Part shown: positions 39,273-49,854 of the stretch, in pieces
Layout: each line of letters opens with the position of its first letter
Position numbering within the stretch: the stretch's first letter is position 1
Assembly: GCA_036676495.1 (NCBI GenBank)
Contig: JAKFCT010000052.1
Location: 19,246-83,245, forward strand
Reading direction: 5' to 3'
From: Candidatus Sericytochromatia bacterium
GTDB taxonomy: Bacteria > Cyanobacteriota > Sericytochromatia > S15B-MN24 > UBA4093
Length of the DNA stretch: 64,000 bases
Notes under the pieces: generated by a model
Database searches by the model: none
What the model saw: the letters and a program-made list of their open reading frames with translations, nothing else
Told to the model about the DNA's origin: nothing
Position numbers and translations under genes: made by a program

Positions 39273-39470
39273 CTAACGCTGCATGTCGCGGCGAATGTCC
39301 TCGGCTTTCTCCTTGATGTCGCCCCAGGCCTGGCGCAGATTGCCCTTGGCCTGATCCATCTTGCCTTCGCGCTCGACGCGCTCCTCGCCCATCATCTCGC
39401 CCTTGAACTCGCGCATCTTGCCGCCGAGTTCCTCCTGCTTGCCTCTGAGCTTGTCGTGTTCGCCTGCCAT
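39273..39470 (-). CDS. csbD: CsbD family stress protein
   Basis: DKLRGK.EELGGK..E..G...G.E....EGKMDQAKG. Confidence 0.85.
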   Translation of the reverse strand: MAGEHDKLRGKQEELGGKMREFKGEMMGEERVEREGKMDQAKGNLRQAWGDIKEKAEDIRRDMQR

Positions 39471-39647
39471 GGTCCTACCTCCCTCTGCCAAAGCCCGCAC
39501 GTTCGGCCGCCATGCGCGGGAACCCGCTGGGATCGTGGCGGGAAACGGCGTTCGGGCCCGCTTTTAATAGTTATTTGATACTCCTTTGATGGGTCTTTGT
39601 CACCAGCCGGGTATAGGATCACTGTCGGTAAGAGAGTGAGGTGTGCC

Positions 39648-39821
39648 ATGTCCCGTCGCATTCCTGTGAAACGGCCGGTGGCGATTGCGACCGCCCGTCC
39701 CATGCCCAAGCCCATGACGGGCTCGCTGGTGGCCGTCGTGGCCGCAGGCGCGTTCTTCATCCACCCTTTTCTGGGCCTCGGCATCGTGGGCCTCGCCCTC
39801 TGGCAAACGCTCGGCGAATAA
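39648..39821 (+). CDS. Small membrane protein (57 aa)
   Basis: GAGGTG RBS, basic N-terminus and hydrophobic hairpin, followed by strong terminator. Confidence 0.7.
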   Translation: MSRRIPVKRPVAIATARPMPKPMTGSLVAVVAAGAFFIHPFLGLGIVGLALWQTLGE

Positions 39822-39835
39822 GTTCTCAATAGGTC

Positions 39836-39869
39836 GGAGGGGCGGGAAGATTCCCGCCCCTCCTTTTTT
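39836..39869 (+). terminator. Intrinsic terminator
   Basis: GGAGGGGCGGGAA-GA-TTCCCGCCCCTCC-TTTTTT. Confidence 0.9.
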
Positions 39870-40006
39870 CGTCTAATCTAGTGCCCGCGGCTGTTGCGCA
39901 AGGCCGCGAAGCGGTCCTGAAGCAACTTCGATTGCTCTAGGGACCAAGCGGGTATAATACGGAGTAGGGAACGATGGGGTTCCTGAGAGCCTGAGAGGAC
40001 GATGCG

Positions 40007-40552
40007 ATGTCCATCTCGCGTACGACGTTTCGCTTGATTCAACGGTCCCAGCAGGGACCCGAGGCCATGAACCTGGCCTTACTGGCGCTTCGCGCGGTCA
40101 TCCCCTATGCGCAGATCGACTGCGTGCAACTGAACCGCACCAAGTTCTGGATCGATTCCTCCCGTTACCCGCAAGCCATCTGGCACCAGTTGCTGCAAAA
40201 CCCGGAATGGCATACCAAGCTGGTCTTCCACCTGGCCAACAGCCTGGTGGCGAGAGATCATGCCGAGCGCTGCGAGTTGCAGGGCGATTTCGGCAAGCTC
40301 CTCAACGAGCCGGATACCAAGGTGATCCTGCATGGGTCCATGCTCTTCGAGAGCGAAGGCACCCCGGCCTTGCTGGCCGGACAGGGGTTGCCGATGATGG
40401 AGTCCTTCGGCTGCGACCTCCAGGTCGACGCCTACACGGAGTACGTGAAGCAGCTCCGGCGTGACGAGCAGCTCAGCGGGAAGCTGGCGCTGCAGCAGTC
40501 GCTCTACGAGACGATGGAGTTCTCGGTTTCGGTGAGCCGCACCGCGGATTAG
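40007..40552 (+). CDS. Hypothetical cytoplasmic protein
   Basis: GAGAGGA RBS, upstream TATAAT, coding-like GC3. Confidence 0.75.
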   Translation: MSISRTTFRLIQRSQQGPEAMNLALLALRAVIPYAQIDCVQLNRTKFWIDSSRYPQAIWHQLLQNPEWHTKLVFHLANSLVARDHAERCELQGDFGKLLNEPDTKVILHGSMLFESEGTPALLAGQGLPMMESFGCDLQVDAYTEYVKQLRRDEQLSGKLALQQSLYETMEFSVSVSRTAD

Positions 40553-40947
40553 CGCTCCAGGACCACCATGGCCATGGCCTGCCCTGCCGTATGGGTCAGG
40601 CTCAAGTGGGCCCGCTTCACCCCGAGCTCGTTGGCGAGCTTGGCGGCCGCTCCGTGCAGCTTGAGCACCGGTCGGCCTCCCGGTTCGCGCATGACCTCGA
40701 AGTCCGTCCAGCGCATCCCATGCGTCCACCCCTTGCCGAGGGCCTTGAGTGTTGCCTCCTTGGCGGCGAACCGGGCGGCGAGGCTGATGTCCGGGTTCTT
40801 CTGACGCAGGCAGTACGCGGATTCCGCGTCCGCGAAGACGCGCTTGAGGAACTGCTCCCCGTGGCGGGAGCGGACCTCCGCGATGCGGTGAATCTCCACC
40901 ATGTCGACCCCGATCCCGAGGATGCGCGACTCGTCGAAGGACGTCAT
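40549..40947 (-). CDS. acpS: Holo-ACP synthase
   Basis: GIGVDMVEI.RI, AARFAAKEA, HLSLTH. Confidence 0.95.
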   Translation of the reverse strand: MTSFDESRILGIGVDMVEIHRIAEVRSRHGEQFLKRVFADAESAYCLRQKNPDISLAARFAAKEATLKALGKGWTHGMRWTDFEVMREPGGRPVLKLHGAAAKLANELGVKRAHLSLTHTAGQAMAMVVLER

Positions 40948-42065
40948 GCCGGTACCCGCGCGGCCATGGCGAGGGCCTGCCGGAGCGTGTCGAGCGCCTG
41001 GCTCAGCGCCTCCGGATCCCGGTGCCCGAAGCCGATCCGCAGGGCCCCCGGGTAGCCGAGGCAGGATCCCGGGACCACGAAGCAGTCATGCGATTCGCGG
41101 AGCTGCCGCCCGAACGCCATGTCGTCATGCGTGCCGTGCGGCCAAACCAGGGTCATGACCCCGGCGGGCGGCAGCTGCACGTCGGCCCACTCCGACACCG
41201 TGGCAAGCCAGTCGGCGACACGGGCGCGGTTCTCCTGGGCGATCGCCGTGTTCTCGGCCCAGAGGACCTCGCGCTGTGGCCAGAGCCATTCGAGCATTTG
41301 CTCGCTCATCCGGCTGACCGAGCACGTGAGATGTTCATGCCACGCCAAGATCCGTTGAGCGACCCGGGGATCGGCGCAGGCCACCCAGCCGAGCCGGAAG
41401 CCGGGCAAGCTCCAGCGTTTCGAGAGGGCGTTAACGGCGATGCCGCGCGGGGTGAGGGTGGCGATGCTGGCATCCAGGCCAGGAGTGACGCCCCGGTAGA
41501 TCTCGTCGACCAGCAGGTAAGCCTCCGGCAGCGACTCGACCCGTCGCGCGATGGCCGTGAGGGTGGCCGCGGACAGGACACGGCCTGTCGGGTTATGCGG
41601 GGTGTTGAGCACGACGAGGCGAGTGCGGGCGTCCAGCAGGTCCCAGAGCCGGTCGAGGTCGGGATCCGCGAAGGGATCGGCGGGCAGCGTCCAGCGGCGC
41701 ACCTCCACTCCCAGCCCCTCCGCGAGGCCCGCGAACTGGTAGTAGAGGGGATCTTGGAGCACGAGGTTGCTTCCCGGCTCGAGCAGGGCGAAGAGCACGG
41801 AGGCATTGGCCTCGGTGGCGCCGCTGGTCAGGATCAGCGCATCCGGGTCCAGGCCGTCGGAAGCGGCGAGCGCGTGGCGCAGGGTCTCTGAGCCGGGGGT
41901 GCTGGTGTAGCCGGTCTCGAAGGTGGCCGGCGACCAATCGGAAGGCAGCAAGGATGCCAGGCGGGGGCCGGGTAGCGGCGCGATCATCGTCCCGCCGAGC
42001 TGGTGCTTGGCGCCGCCTTGGTAGCGATTGAACCATGCTTCCAGGGATGGGCTTTCAAGTTTCAC
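40944..42065 (-). CDS. PLP-dependent aminotransferase class I/II
   Basis: TSGATEAN, NTPHNPTG, VDEIY, SKRWSLPGFRLGW. Confidence 0.92.
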   Translation of the reverse strand: MKLESPSLEAWFNRYQGGAKHQLGGTMIAPLPGPRLASLLPSDWSPATFETGYTSTPGSETLRHALAASDGLDPDALILTSGATEANASVLFALLEPGSNLVLQDPLYYQFAGLAEGLGVEVRRWTLPADPFADPDLDRLWDLLDARTRLVVLNTPHNPTGRVLSAATLTAIARRVESLPEAYLLVDEIYRGVTPGLDASIATLTPRGIAVNALSKRWSLPGFRLGWVACADPRVAQRILAWHEHLTCSVSRMSEQMLEWLWPQREVLWAENTAIAQENRARVADWLATVSEWADVQLPPAGVMTLVWPHGTHDDMAFGRQLRESHDCFVVPGSCLGYPGALRIGFGHRDPEALSQALDTLRQALAMAARVPA

Positions 42066-42205
42066 GGCGGACTCCCTTCACATCGCCTCGATGCTACCAA
42101 GAAACCGGGCCCCGGGCAAACGTCCCCTCCCTTGACGCCCCGCCCCGCACAGGGAATAATGAAAGCCCTTTAAGACCCTCTCGACTTCCACTGAGGAGGA
42201 AAGAC

Positions 42206-42853
42206 ATGTCGACCGCAACGATGCAAAAGTACGAGGTTCGCGAGTATAACCTGGCCGGCCTCGAGGGCATCTCCGAAGAGCAGATCGCCCAGCACAAGAA
42301 GCTCTACGAGGGCTACGTCAACAACACCAACAAGCTGCTGGACGAGACCCGCAAGATGCTCGAGAGCGGCGAGGCTGATGGCCTCAACCCCCATTTCGCC
42401 GAGCTCAAGCGCCGTTTCGGCTTCGAGTTCAACGGCATGGTGCTTCACGAGTACTACTTCAGCAACCTCAAGGCCAACGGCGGCAGCCTTCCCGCTGGCG
42501 GGCGCCTGGCCAAGGCCCTCGAGGATTCCTTCGGTTCCGTCGAGAACTGGATGAAGGACTTCATGGGCGTCGCCAAGATGCGCGGCGTGGGCTGGGCCAT
42601 CCTGTACCAGGACAACCGCACCGGCAAGCTGACGAACCACTGGATCACCCTTCACGAGGAAGGCAACGTGGCGGGCTACCGCCCCGTGCTGGTCATCGAC
42701 GTCTGGGAGCATGCCTTCGCCGTGGACTACAAGCCCACCGAGCGCGGCAAGTACCTGGATGCCGTCATGAAGAACATCGACTGGGCCAAGGTCGAGTCGC
42801 GCCTGATGACGGACGACGAGGTCGCCAAGAACCGCCAGATGGTCAGCAAGTAA
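42206..42853 (+). CDS. sod: Fe/Mn superoxide dismutase (divergent type)
   Basis: H..LY.GYVNN, LHEYYF, DVWEHA; GAGGAGG RBS. Confidence 0.9.
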   Translation: MSTATMQKYEVREYNLAGLEGISEEQIAQHKKLYEGYVNNTNKLLDETRKMLESGEADGLNPHFAELKRRFGFEFNGMVLHEYYFSNLKANGGSLPAGGRLAKALEDSFGSVENWMKDFMGVAKMRGVGWAILYQDNRTGKLTNHWITLHEEGNVAGYRPVLVIDVWEHAFAVDYKPTERGKYLDAVMKNIDWAKVESRLMTDDEVAKNRQMVSK

Positions 42854-42868
42854 CCGATAACCGGTCTC

Positions 42869-42905
42869 GGAGCGCGGAGGGCACGACCCTCCGCGCTCCT
42901 TTTTT
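42869..42905 (+). terminator. Intrinsic terminator
   Basis: GGAGCGCGGAGGG-CACGA-CCCTCCGCGCTCC-TTTTTT. Confidence 0.9.
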
Positions 42906-42950
42906 GTGCTTGCTTGCATGACGACGCGGAATCGGTTTTAATGTCCCCTA

Positions 42951-44411
42951 ATGAACCGCATGCTTCCGCTCTCCTGGATAGCCGGGCTGCTCGCCCTCAT
43001 GCTGCTGGTCGTTCCGGGCTGCTCCCGGGCGGAGGCGCCGTCTGCCGATGCGCTCGAGCGCGTGCGCCAGGCGGGTGAAGTCGTCATCGGCACCGATGCC
43101 ACCTACCCCCCCTTCGAAAACAAGGTCGGATCCGAACTCGTCGGCTTCGACATCGAGCTGGGCCAGGCCGTCGCCCGGAAGCTGGGAGTCAAGCCCCGCT
43201 GGGTCAACTCGTCCTTCGACGGGATCTTCCCGGCCCTCCTGAGCCGCAAGTTCGACATGGTGATCTCGGCCTCCACCATCACCCCCGAACGCAAGAAGAC
43301 CCTCGCCTTCAGCGACCCCTACTACGACGCGGGCCAGGTCATCACCCTGCGCCAAGAGCAGCAGCCCCTCAAAGTCGACGACCTCACCGGCAAGACGGTC
43401 GGCGTCCAGATCAACACCACCGGCCATGTCATGCTGGAGGCCCGGACGGGCATCCGCCTCAAGAAGTTCAACTCCATCGACCTCGCCTTCCTCGACCTCC
43501 AGAATGGCCGCCTGGACGCGGTGGTCAACGATGCGCCCACCACGCGCTACATGCTGAAGCAGAGCTTCCCGAGCCTGGTGGTTTCGGGAGAACCCTTCAC
43601 GTCCGAGCACTACGGCATGGCCTTCCATCCCTCCGACGGATCGCTCGTCAAGGCCGTGAACCAGGCCCTGGCCGAGATCCGGGCATCCGGGGAGTACGAC
43701 CGGCTTTACTCCAAGTGGTTTGCCACCAGTGACGTGGCCGCGCCGGCCCCATCTGCCCCCAAGCTCTTCGACCCGTCCTTGCTCAAGGATCTCTGGAAGT
43801 ACTTGCTCAACGGCATGGTCTGGACCGTTCAGCTCACCGCCTGGGGCCTGCTCTGCGGCCTGCCGGCAGGCTTGTTGATCGGACTCCTTCGGGTCAGCCC
43901 GTTTCGTCCGCTTTCGCTGGCGAGCATGGTCTACGTGGAGGCCATCCGGGGCACGCCCCTTTTGGTCCAGATCTTCACCATCTACTTCGTCCTGCCGGCC
44001 TTCGGGATCCGGATCCCCGAGTACCTGGCCGCGATCCTGGCGCTCAGCATCAATGCCAGCGCGTACATCGCCGAGATCTTCCGGGCCGGGATCGAGTCCA
44101 TCCCCAAGGGACAGATGGAGGCCGCCCGCTCTCTGGGCTTCGGCTACGTTCCGGCCATGGGGCTGGTGATCCTGCCGCAGGCCATGCGTCGGGTCGTGCC
44201 GCCCTTGACCAACGAGGCGATCGCCCTGCTCAAGGACTCCTCGCTCGTCTCCCTGATGGGCATGACCGAGCTGACCCGAACCGGACAGGAGCTCGCGAGC
44301 CGCCTCGCCAATCCCATGACCGTTTGGCTGGCCGTGGCCCTTTGCTACCTCCTGCTCACCATCCCCTTGACCAGTGTCTCCCGCCTGCTCGAGAAGCGGT
44401 GGACCTACTAG
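42951..44411 (+). CDS. Polar amino acid ABC transporter, fused substrate-binding / permease
   Basis: YPPFE, GFDIEL, FSDPYY SBP3 domain; [27 protein letters not shown] permease. Confidence 0.95.
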   Translation: MNRMLPLSWIAGLLALMLLVVPGCSRAEAPSADALERVRQAGEVVIGTDATYPPFENKVGSELVGFDIELGQAVARKLGVKPRWVNSSFDGIFPALLSRKFDMVISASTITPERKKTLAFSDPYYDAGQVITLRQEQQPLKVDDLTGKTVGVQINTTGHVMLEARTGIRLKKFNSIDLAFLDLQNGRLDAVVNDAPTTRYMLKQSFPSLVVSGEPFTSEHYGMAFHPSDGSLVKAVNQALAEIRASGEYDRLYSKWFATSDVAAPAPSAPKLFDPSLLKDLWKYLLNGMVWTVQLTAWGLLCGLPAGLLIGLLRVSPFRPLSLASMVYVEAIRGTPLLVQIFTIYFVLPAFGIRIPEYLAAILALSINASAYIAEIFRAGIESIPKGQMEAARSLGFGYVPAMGLVILPQAMRRVVPPLTNEAIALLKDSSLVSLMGMTELTRTGQELASRLANPMTVWLAVALCYLLLTIPLTSVSRLLEKRWTY

Positions 44412-44451
44412 TGCCGCCGCGACTGCTAGCATCCGAGCGAGGAGGCCGCCG

Positions 44452-45198
44452 GTGATCCGCTTCGAAGGAGTCGTCAAACGTTTCGGCCGCCATACGGTGC
44501 TCGACGGGATCGACCTGCACGTCCCGGCCGGCCAGAAGCTCGTCCTGCTCGGACCCAGCGGATCCGGCAAGAGCACGCTCTTGCGCTGCATCAACCGCCT
44601 GGAGCGCATCGACCAGGGGCATATCTGGGTGAACGGGGTGGACGTGGCGGACCGCCGCACCGACCTGAACCTCTTGCGGATGGACGTGGGAATGGTCTTC
44701 CAGTCCTTCAACCTCTTTCCGCATCTGACGGTGCTGGAGAACATCACCCTGGCTCCGCGGCGCCTGCGCGGAGAGAAGAAGCCGGACCTCGTCGCCATGG
44801 AGCTGCTCGAGCGCGTCGGCATCCCCGACAAGGCCCGCTGCTTGCCGGGGCAACTCTCCGGCGGACAGCAGCAGCGCGTCGCCATCGCCAGAGGGCTCGC
44901 GATGCGTCCCAAGGCCCTGCTTTTCGACGAGCCGACCTCGGCCCTGGATCCGGAGATGGTCCAGGAAGTCCTCGGCGTCATGACGGACGTCGCCAAGGAC
45001 GGGCTGACCATGATCGTGGTGACCCACGAGATGGGATTCGCGCGGGAAGTGGCCGACCGGATCCTCTTCATGGACGGAGGCCGGATCGTCGAGGATGCCC
45101 CGCCGGAAGATTTTTTCGATCGTCCGGCAACCGAGCGCTCGCGGGCGTTTCTGGCCAAGCTGGCACGCCCGACGCTGCCCCAGCTCCCGGCCGTGTGA
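44452..45198 (+). CDS. Polar amino acid ABC transporter ATP-binding protein (GlnQ-like)
   Basis: [36 protein letters not shown]; GTG start after GGAGG. Confidence 0.95.
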   Translation: MIRFEGVVKRFGRHTVLDGIDLHVPAGQKLVLLGPSGSGKSTLLRCINRLERIDQGHIWVNGVDVADRRTDLNLLRMDVGMVFQSFNLFPHLTVLENITLAPRRLRGEKKPDLVAMELLERVGIPDKARCLPGQLSGGQQQRVAIARGLAMRPKALLFDEPTSALDPEMVQEVLGVMTDVAKDGLTMIVVTHEMGFAREVADRILFMDGGRIVEDAPPEDFFDRPATERSRAFLAKLARPTLPQLPAV

Positions 45199-45268
45199 TC
45201 GCGGTCCTGTTGCAACACCCTGTTACCGGGTAAGATGCCTGCATGGACTAGTATGAGGGGATGAGGCA

Positions 45269-47428
45269 TTGGTCGTGAAACCATTGGAACGCCTACCCAG
45301 GGGAGGCGCGCTTCTCGAGACCTCGGCGGGCTGGATCCAGTTCGGAGCCGTTCCCGAGACCATCAAGGACACGCTGGGCACGGCCTCCGGGGTGCCCCAG
45401 ATCTTCGTGGTGCCTCCGAAGCTCATCTCGCTCGATCGCGGCGTCTCCTTCGCCGACCTCGAGTTTCCCGTCTACTTCAACTTCTTCGCCCTGGGCCGCC
45501 GGATCACCGTGATCTGCGACGAGGCCCAGCAGGAGATCATCGGCACCGTGCTGCGCGAGGCGGTCTTCGGTCCCGAGCGGATCGACGTCACCCTGGATCA
45601 GCCGGCCTGGCGCCCTTCGCGAGCGGTCGCGGACCTGGAAGCCGAGCTCGCATGGTTCCGCAAGCACCCCACGAAGCCGGGATCCCGCATCGAACTCGAG
45701 GACCTGGTGGAGTTCGTGACCTACGACCCGTCGGGAACGGCGCGGATCGGGGAGGTCGCCGTCACCCGCCGTGGGGAGGCTTTCCTGGTCGTGGACGGGG
45801 ACGAGGTCGTCGCCGAGATCGGCGCCGAACTCAAGCTCCCCCCGCTCAAGCAGGAGCCCGTCGGAAAGCGCAAGCCCTTCATCCCCCCGTACTTCGGCAT
45901 GACGTTCATCGGGACGGGACACGGCTTCGACCCTTCCGCCAAGACCTCGGGCTTCATCCTCTGGGTCAACGGCCGCGGCATCATGGTCGATCCTCCCGTC
46001 GACTCGATCGAGTGGCTGACCGACTACGAGGTCAACCCCAAGCATATCGACTCGTTGATCCTCACGCATTGCCACGCGGATCACGATTCCGGCACCCTCC
46101 AGAAGATCCTGGAGGAGGGCCGCATCAAGCTCTACACCACCCGCACCATCATGGGATCCTTCGAGCGCAAGTACCGCACCCTCCTGGGCCTGGACAAGCG
46201 CCGCTGGGAGGACCTCTTCGATTTCGTGCCGGTGACGGTCGGCGAGCCCATCCGGATCGCCGGCGGGGAGTTCTGGTTCCAGTACACCCTTCACTCCGTG
46301 CCGTGCATCGGGTTCGAGTGCTTCTTCGGCGGCAAGTCCATGGTCTACACCTCCGACACGCTCTACGATCCGGCGATCTTCAACCGCCTTTTCGAGGAGG
46401 GGATCCTCAGCGAGGAGCGCCGGGACGAACTGCTCAACTTCCCCTGGCACCATGACTTCGTCATCCACGAGGCGGGTGTGCCGCCGATTCATACTCAGGT
46501 CGAGATCCTGGCCCAGCTTCCCGACGAGGTGAAGGACCACCTCTGGCTGGTTCACACCAACCCCAAGAGCCTGCCACCCGACTCGAACCTTCGCATCGCG
46601 GCGACGGGCCTTGACCAGACCCTGGTCATCGAGGCCGAGGCCCTTCCGACCAGCGATGCCATCGAGCTCCTGCAGGTCCTTTCCAAGGTCGACCTGTTCA
46701 AGGGCTTCACCGTGGACAAGGCCGCCGAGTTCCTCGGCATGGTCTCCAAGGTGAGCTTTAAGGCCGGAGAGCAGATCATCTCCAAGGGGACGCCGGGCGA
46801 TCGCTTCTACATGATCGTCTCGGGCAAGGCCGCCATCCGGGACGGCTTGCACGACGTGAGGCACTACGGCCCCTACGATTACTTCGGGGAGACCGCCATC
46901 ATCCTGGATCAGCCCCGCAATGCGGACGTCTTCGCGACGACCGACATGACGGCGCTGGCCATCGACCGGCATGATTTCCTTTACTTCGTTCGCGGCTCGG
47001 GGATCGTGGAGATGCTGCGTCGCCTCGCGGCCGTACGCCTGCTGGATTCCTGGGAGTTGCTGGACTCCGTTGACGCCTTCGGCTCGCTGACCGCCACGCA
47101 GAAGACCATGCTTCAGACGCTCATGGTGACGCAGTCCTTCGCGCCCGGTGAGGTGATCGCGTCGTCGGGCGAGCCCCTGCGCGCGTGTTTCCTCTTGGTA
47201 GAGGGAGAGGCCGAGATCCTGCTCGGGGATGACGTGGTCGGACGCGTGGAGGCGGGAGGCTTCCTCGGCGAGGTGAACTTACTCTACGAATCCTCCAAGC
47301 TTGGCGTCACGTACCGGGCATGTGGCGACGTGAAGGCGTACCGCTTGCCCAAGCGCGATCTGGTCTGGTTCTTGAAGAAGAATCCGGGCGTCTATGTGCG
47401 CCTGGCCGCAATGGCGCACGGCGCCTAG
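45269..47428 (+). CDS. MBL-fold cyclic-nucleotide phosphodiesterase-like protein with two cNMP-binding domains
   Basis: HGFDP, LTHCHADHDSG, HSVPC, YTSDT, HEAG..PIHT; cNMP domain with FYMIVSG, FGE...PRNADV; second degenerate cNMP domain. Confidence 0.88.
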   Translation: MVVKPLERLPRGGALLETSAGWIQFGAVPETIKDTLGTASGVPQIFVVPPKLISLDRGVSFADLEFPVYFNFFALGRRITVICDEAQQEIIGTVLREAVFGPERIDVTLDQPAWRPSRAVADLEAELAWFRKHPTKPGSRIELEDLVEFVTYDPSGTARIGEVAVTRRGEAFLVVDGDEVVAEIGAELKLPPLKQEPVGKRKPFIPPYFGMTFIGTGHGFDPSAKTSGFILWVNGRGIMVDPPVDSIEWLTDYEVNPKHIDSLILTHCHADHDSGTLQKILEEGRIKLYTTRTIMGSFERKYRTLLGLDKRRWEDLFDFVPVTVGEPIRIAGGEFWFQYTLHSVPCIGFECFFGGKSMVYTSDTLYDPAIFNRLFEEGILSEERRDELLNFPWHHDFVIHEAGVPPIHTQVEILAQLPDEVKDHLWLVHTNPKSLPPDSNLRIAATGLDQTLVIEAEALPTSDAIELLQVLSKVDLFKGFTVDKAAEFLGMVSKVSFKAGEQIISKGTPGDRFYMIVSGKAAIRDGLHDVRHYGPYDYFGETAIILDQPRNADVFATTDMTALAIDRHDFLYFVRGSGIVEMLRRLAAVRLLDSWELLDSVDAFGSLTATQKTMLQTLMVTQSFAPGEVIASSGEPLRACFLLVEGEAEILLGDDVVGRVEAGGFLGEVNLLYESSKLGVTYRACGDVKAYRLPKRDLVWFLKKNPGVYVRLAAMAHGA

Positions 47429-47514
47429 GCGCACCAAGCCGTCTGATGAGGCTCACGCAGCCCCGCCGGGTCATCGACCCGGCGGGGCTGCCGTCTTGCG
47501 GAGGGGATGGGGGG

Positions 47515-47973
47515 CTATAGCCCCGAAGGCGAGCTGGAGTAGCGGCCTGCCAGCATCTGCGCGAACGCCTTGGCGCCGGCGTCCGGCGCGAAGGCTTTGA
47601 CCTGGTGCAGGGCCACGATCTCGGCGTGGCGGTCGTGAAGGGCTTCTTCCAGCTTGGCGATGGCATGGTCGGCGCTGAAGAGGTGGGTGGCGAAGACCGC
47701 GGCCTGCTTGCCCTCCAGGGAGGGCAGGTTGGCGACGAAGTTCAGGATCTCGCGCGAGGGAAACTGCACGAAGAACAACGGGTAAACCCACGTGCCGACC
47801 ACGAGCAACTGGTAGTCCTTGACCTCCTCGGGATCGCTCACATGGACCGATTTGAGGCTGACGTGATACCCCTCGGTCCGAAGCTCATCGGCCACGGCCT
47901 TGGCGGTGGCCTCGGAGCGTCCGCCGATGCTGTCGTATACGATGAGGGCGCGTAAGGCGTTGTTGGCGTTCAT
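47515..47973 (-). CDS. Flavodoxin-like protein
   Basis: IVYDSIGGRSEATAKAVADEL, YQLLVVGT, LEGKQAAVFAT. Confidence 0.8.
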   Translation of the reverse strand: MNANNALRALIVYDSIGGRSEATAKAVADELRTEGYHVSLKSVHVSDPEEVKDYQLLVVGTWVYPLFFVQFPSREILNFVANLPSLEGKQAAVFATHLFSADHAIAKLEEALHDRHAEIVALHQVKAFAPDAGAKAFAQMLAGRYSSSPSGL

Positions 47974-48040
47974 GCCATCTCCTCTCTGATCCCGAGGCGA
48001 GTTGACCTGGGGGCGCAAGCACGGAACTATCTCGGATGAT

Positions 48041-48057
48041 TGTAAACATATTTTACA
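48041..48057. promoter_or_regulatory. Palindromic operator TGTAA-N7-TTACA
   Basis: TGTAAACATATTTTACA in divergent intergenic region; fits TGTNA-N7-TNACA. Confidence 0.55.
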
Positions 48058-48099
48058 TTCCAGGCAATCCCCTGTTAGACTGGACAGCAGGAGGTGGCC

Positions 48100-49509
<1,410 letters not shown>

Positions 49510-49521
49510 CGGCCCGCGAGG

Positions 49522-49776
49522 CTACCAGAACTTGGCTTTGCCCCAAAGGACGGAGCCTCGGTGGGCGCGGCCTTCTTCTGCGCGGATCTCGCAGCGCAGG
49601 GCGTGCTCCGCACCGATCAGGCGGGTGGCGAGAACGGGTTCGGGGGCCTCGTTCTCGGGCGCGAGCTCCGTGGGTTTACGCCCGAAGAGCCTCTGGCCGT
49701 AGCATTCCGGGCAGAGCGTCCGGCTCATGGTATTTTGGAAGAGCTTGGTGCATTGGGCGCAGTTCGAAAGGGCCAT
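49522..49776 (-). CDS. YvyF-like zinc-ribbon protein
   Basis: MALSNCAQCTKLF......LCPEC resembles N-terminus of flagellar-operon YvyF; GAGGAG RBS. Confidence 0.7.
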   Translation of the reverse strand: MALSNCAQCTKLFQNTMSRTLCPECYGQRLFGRKPTELAPENEAPEPVLATRLIGAEHALRCEIRAEEGRAHRGSVLWGKAKFW

Positions 49777-49808
49777 GACTCTCCTCCTCATCGTCTCGCC
49801 TACTCATG

Positions 49809-49836
49809 GTATCGACCGGTTGTCCCGCCGTCTTGA
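49809..49836 (-). promoter_or_regulatory. Sigma-28 (FliA)-like promoter
   Basis: TCAA-N16-GTCGATAC versus consensus TAAA-N15/16-GCCGATAA. Confidence 0.55.
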
Positions 49837-49854
49837 GGGCGGGGCGAGGCCCCG

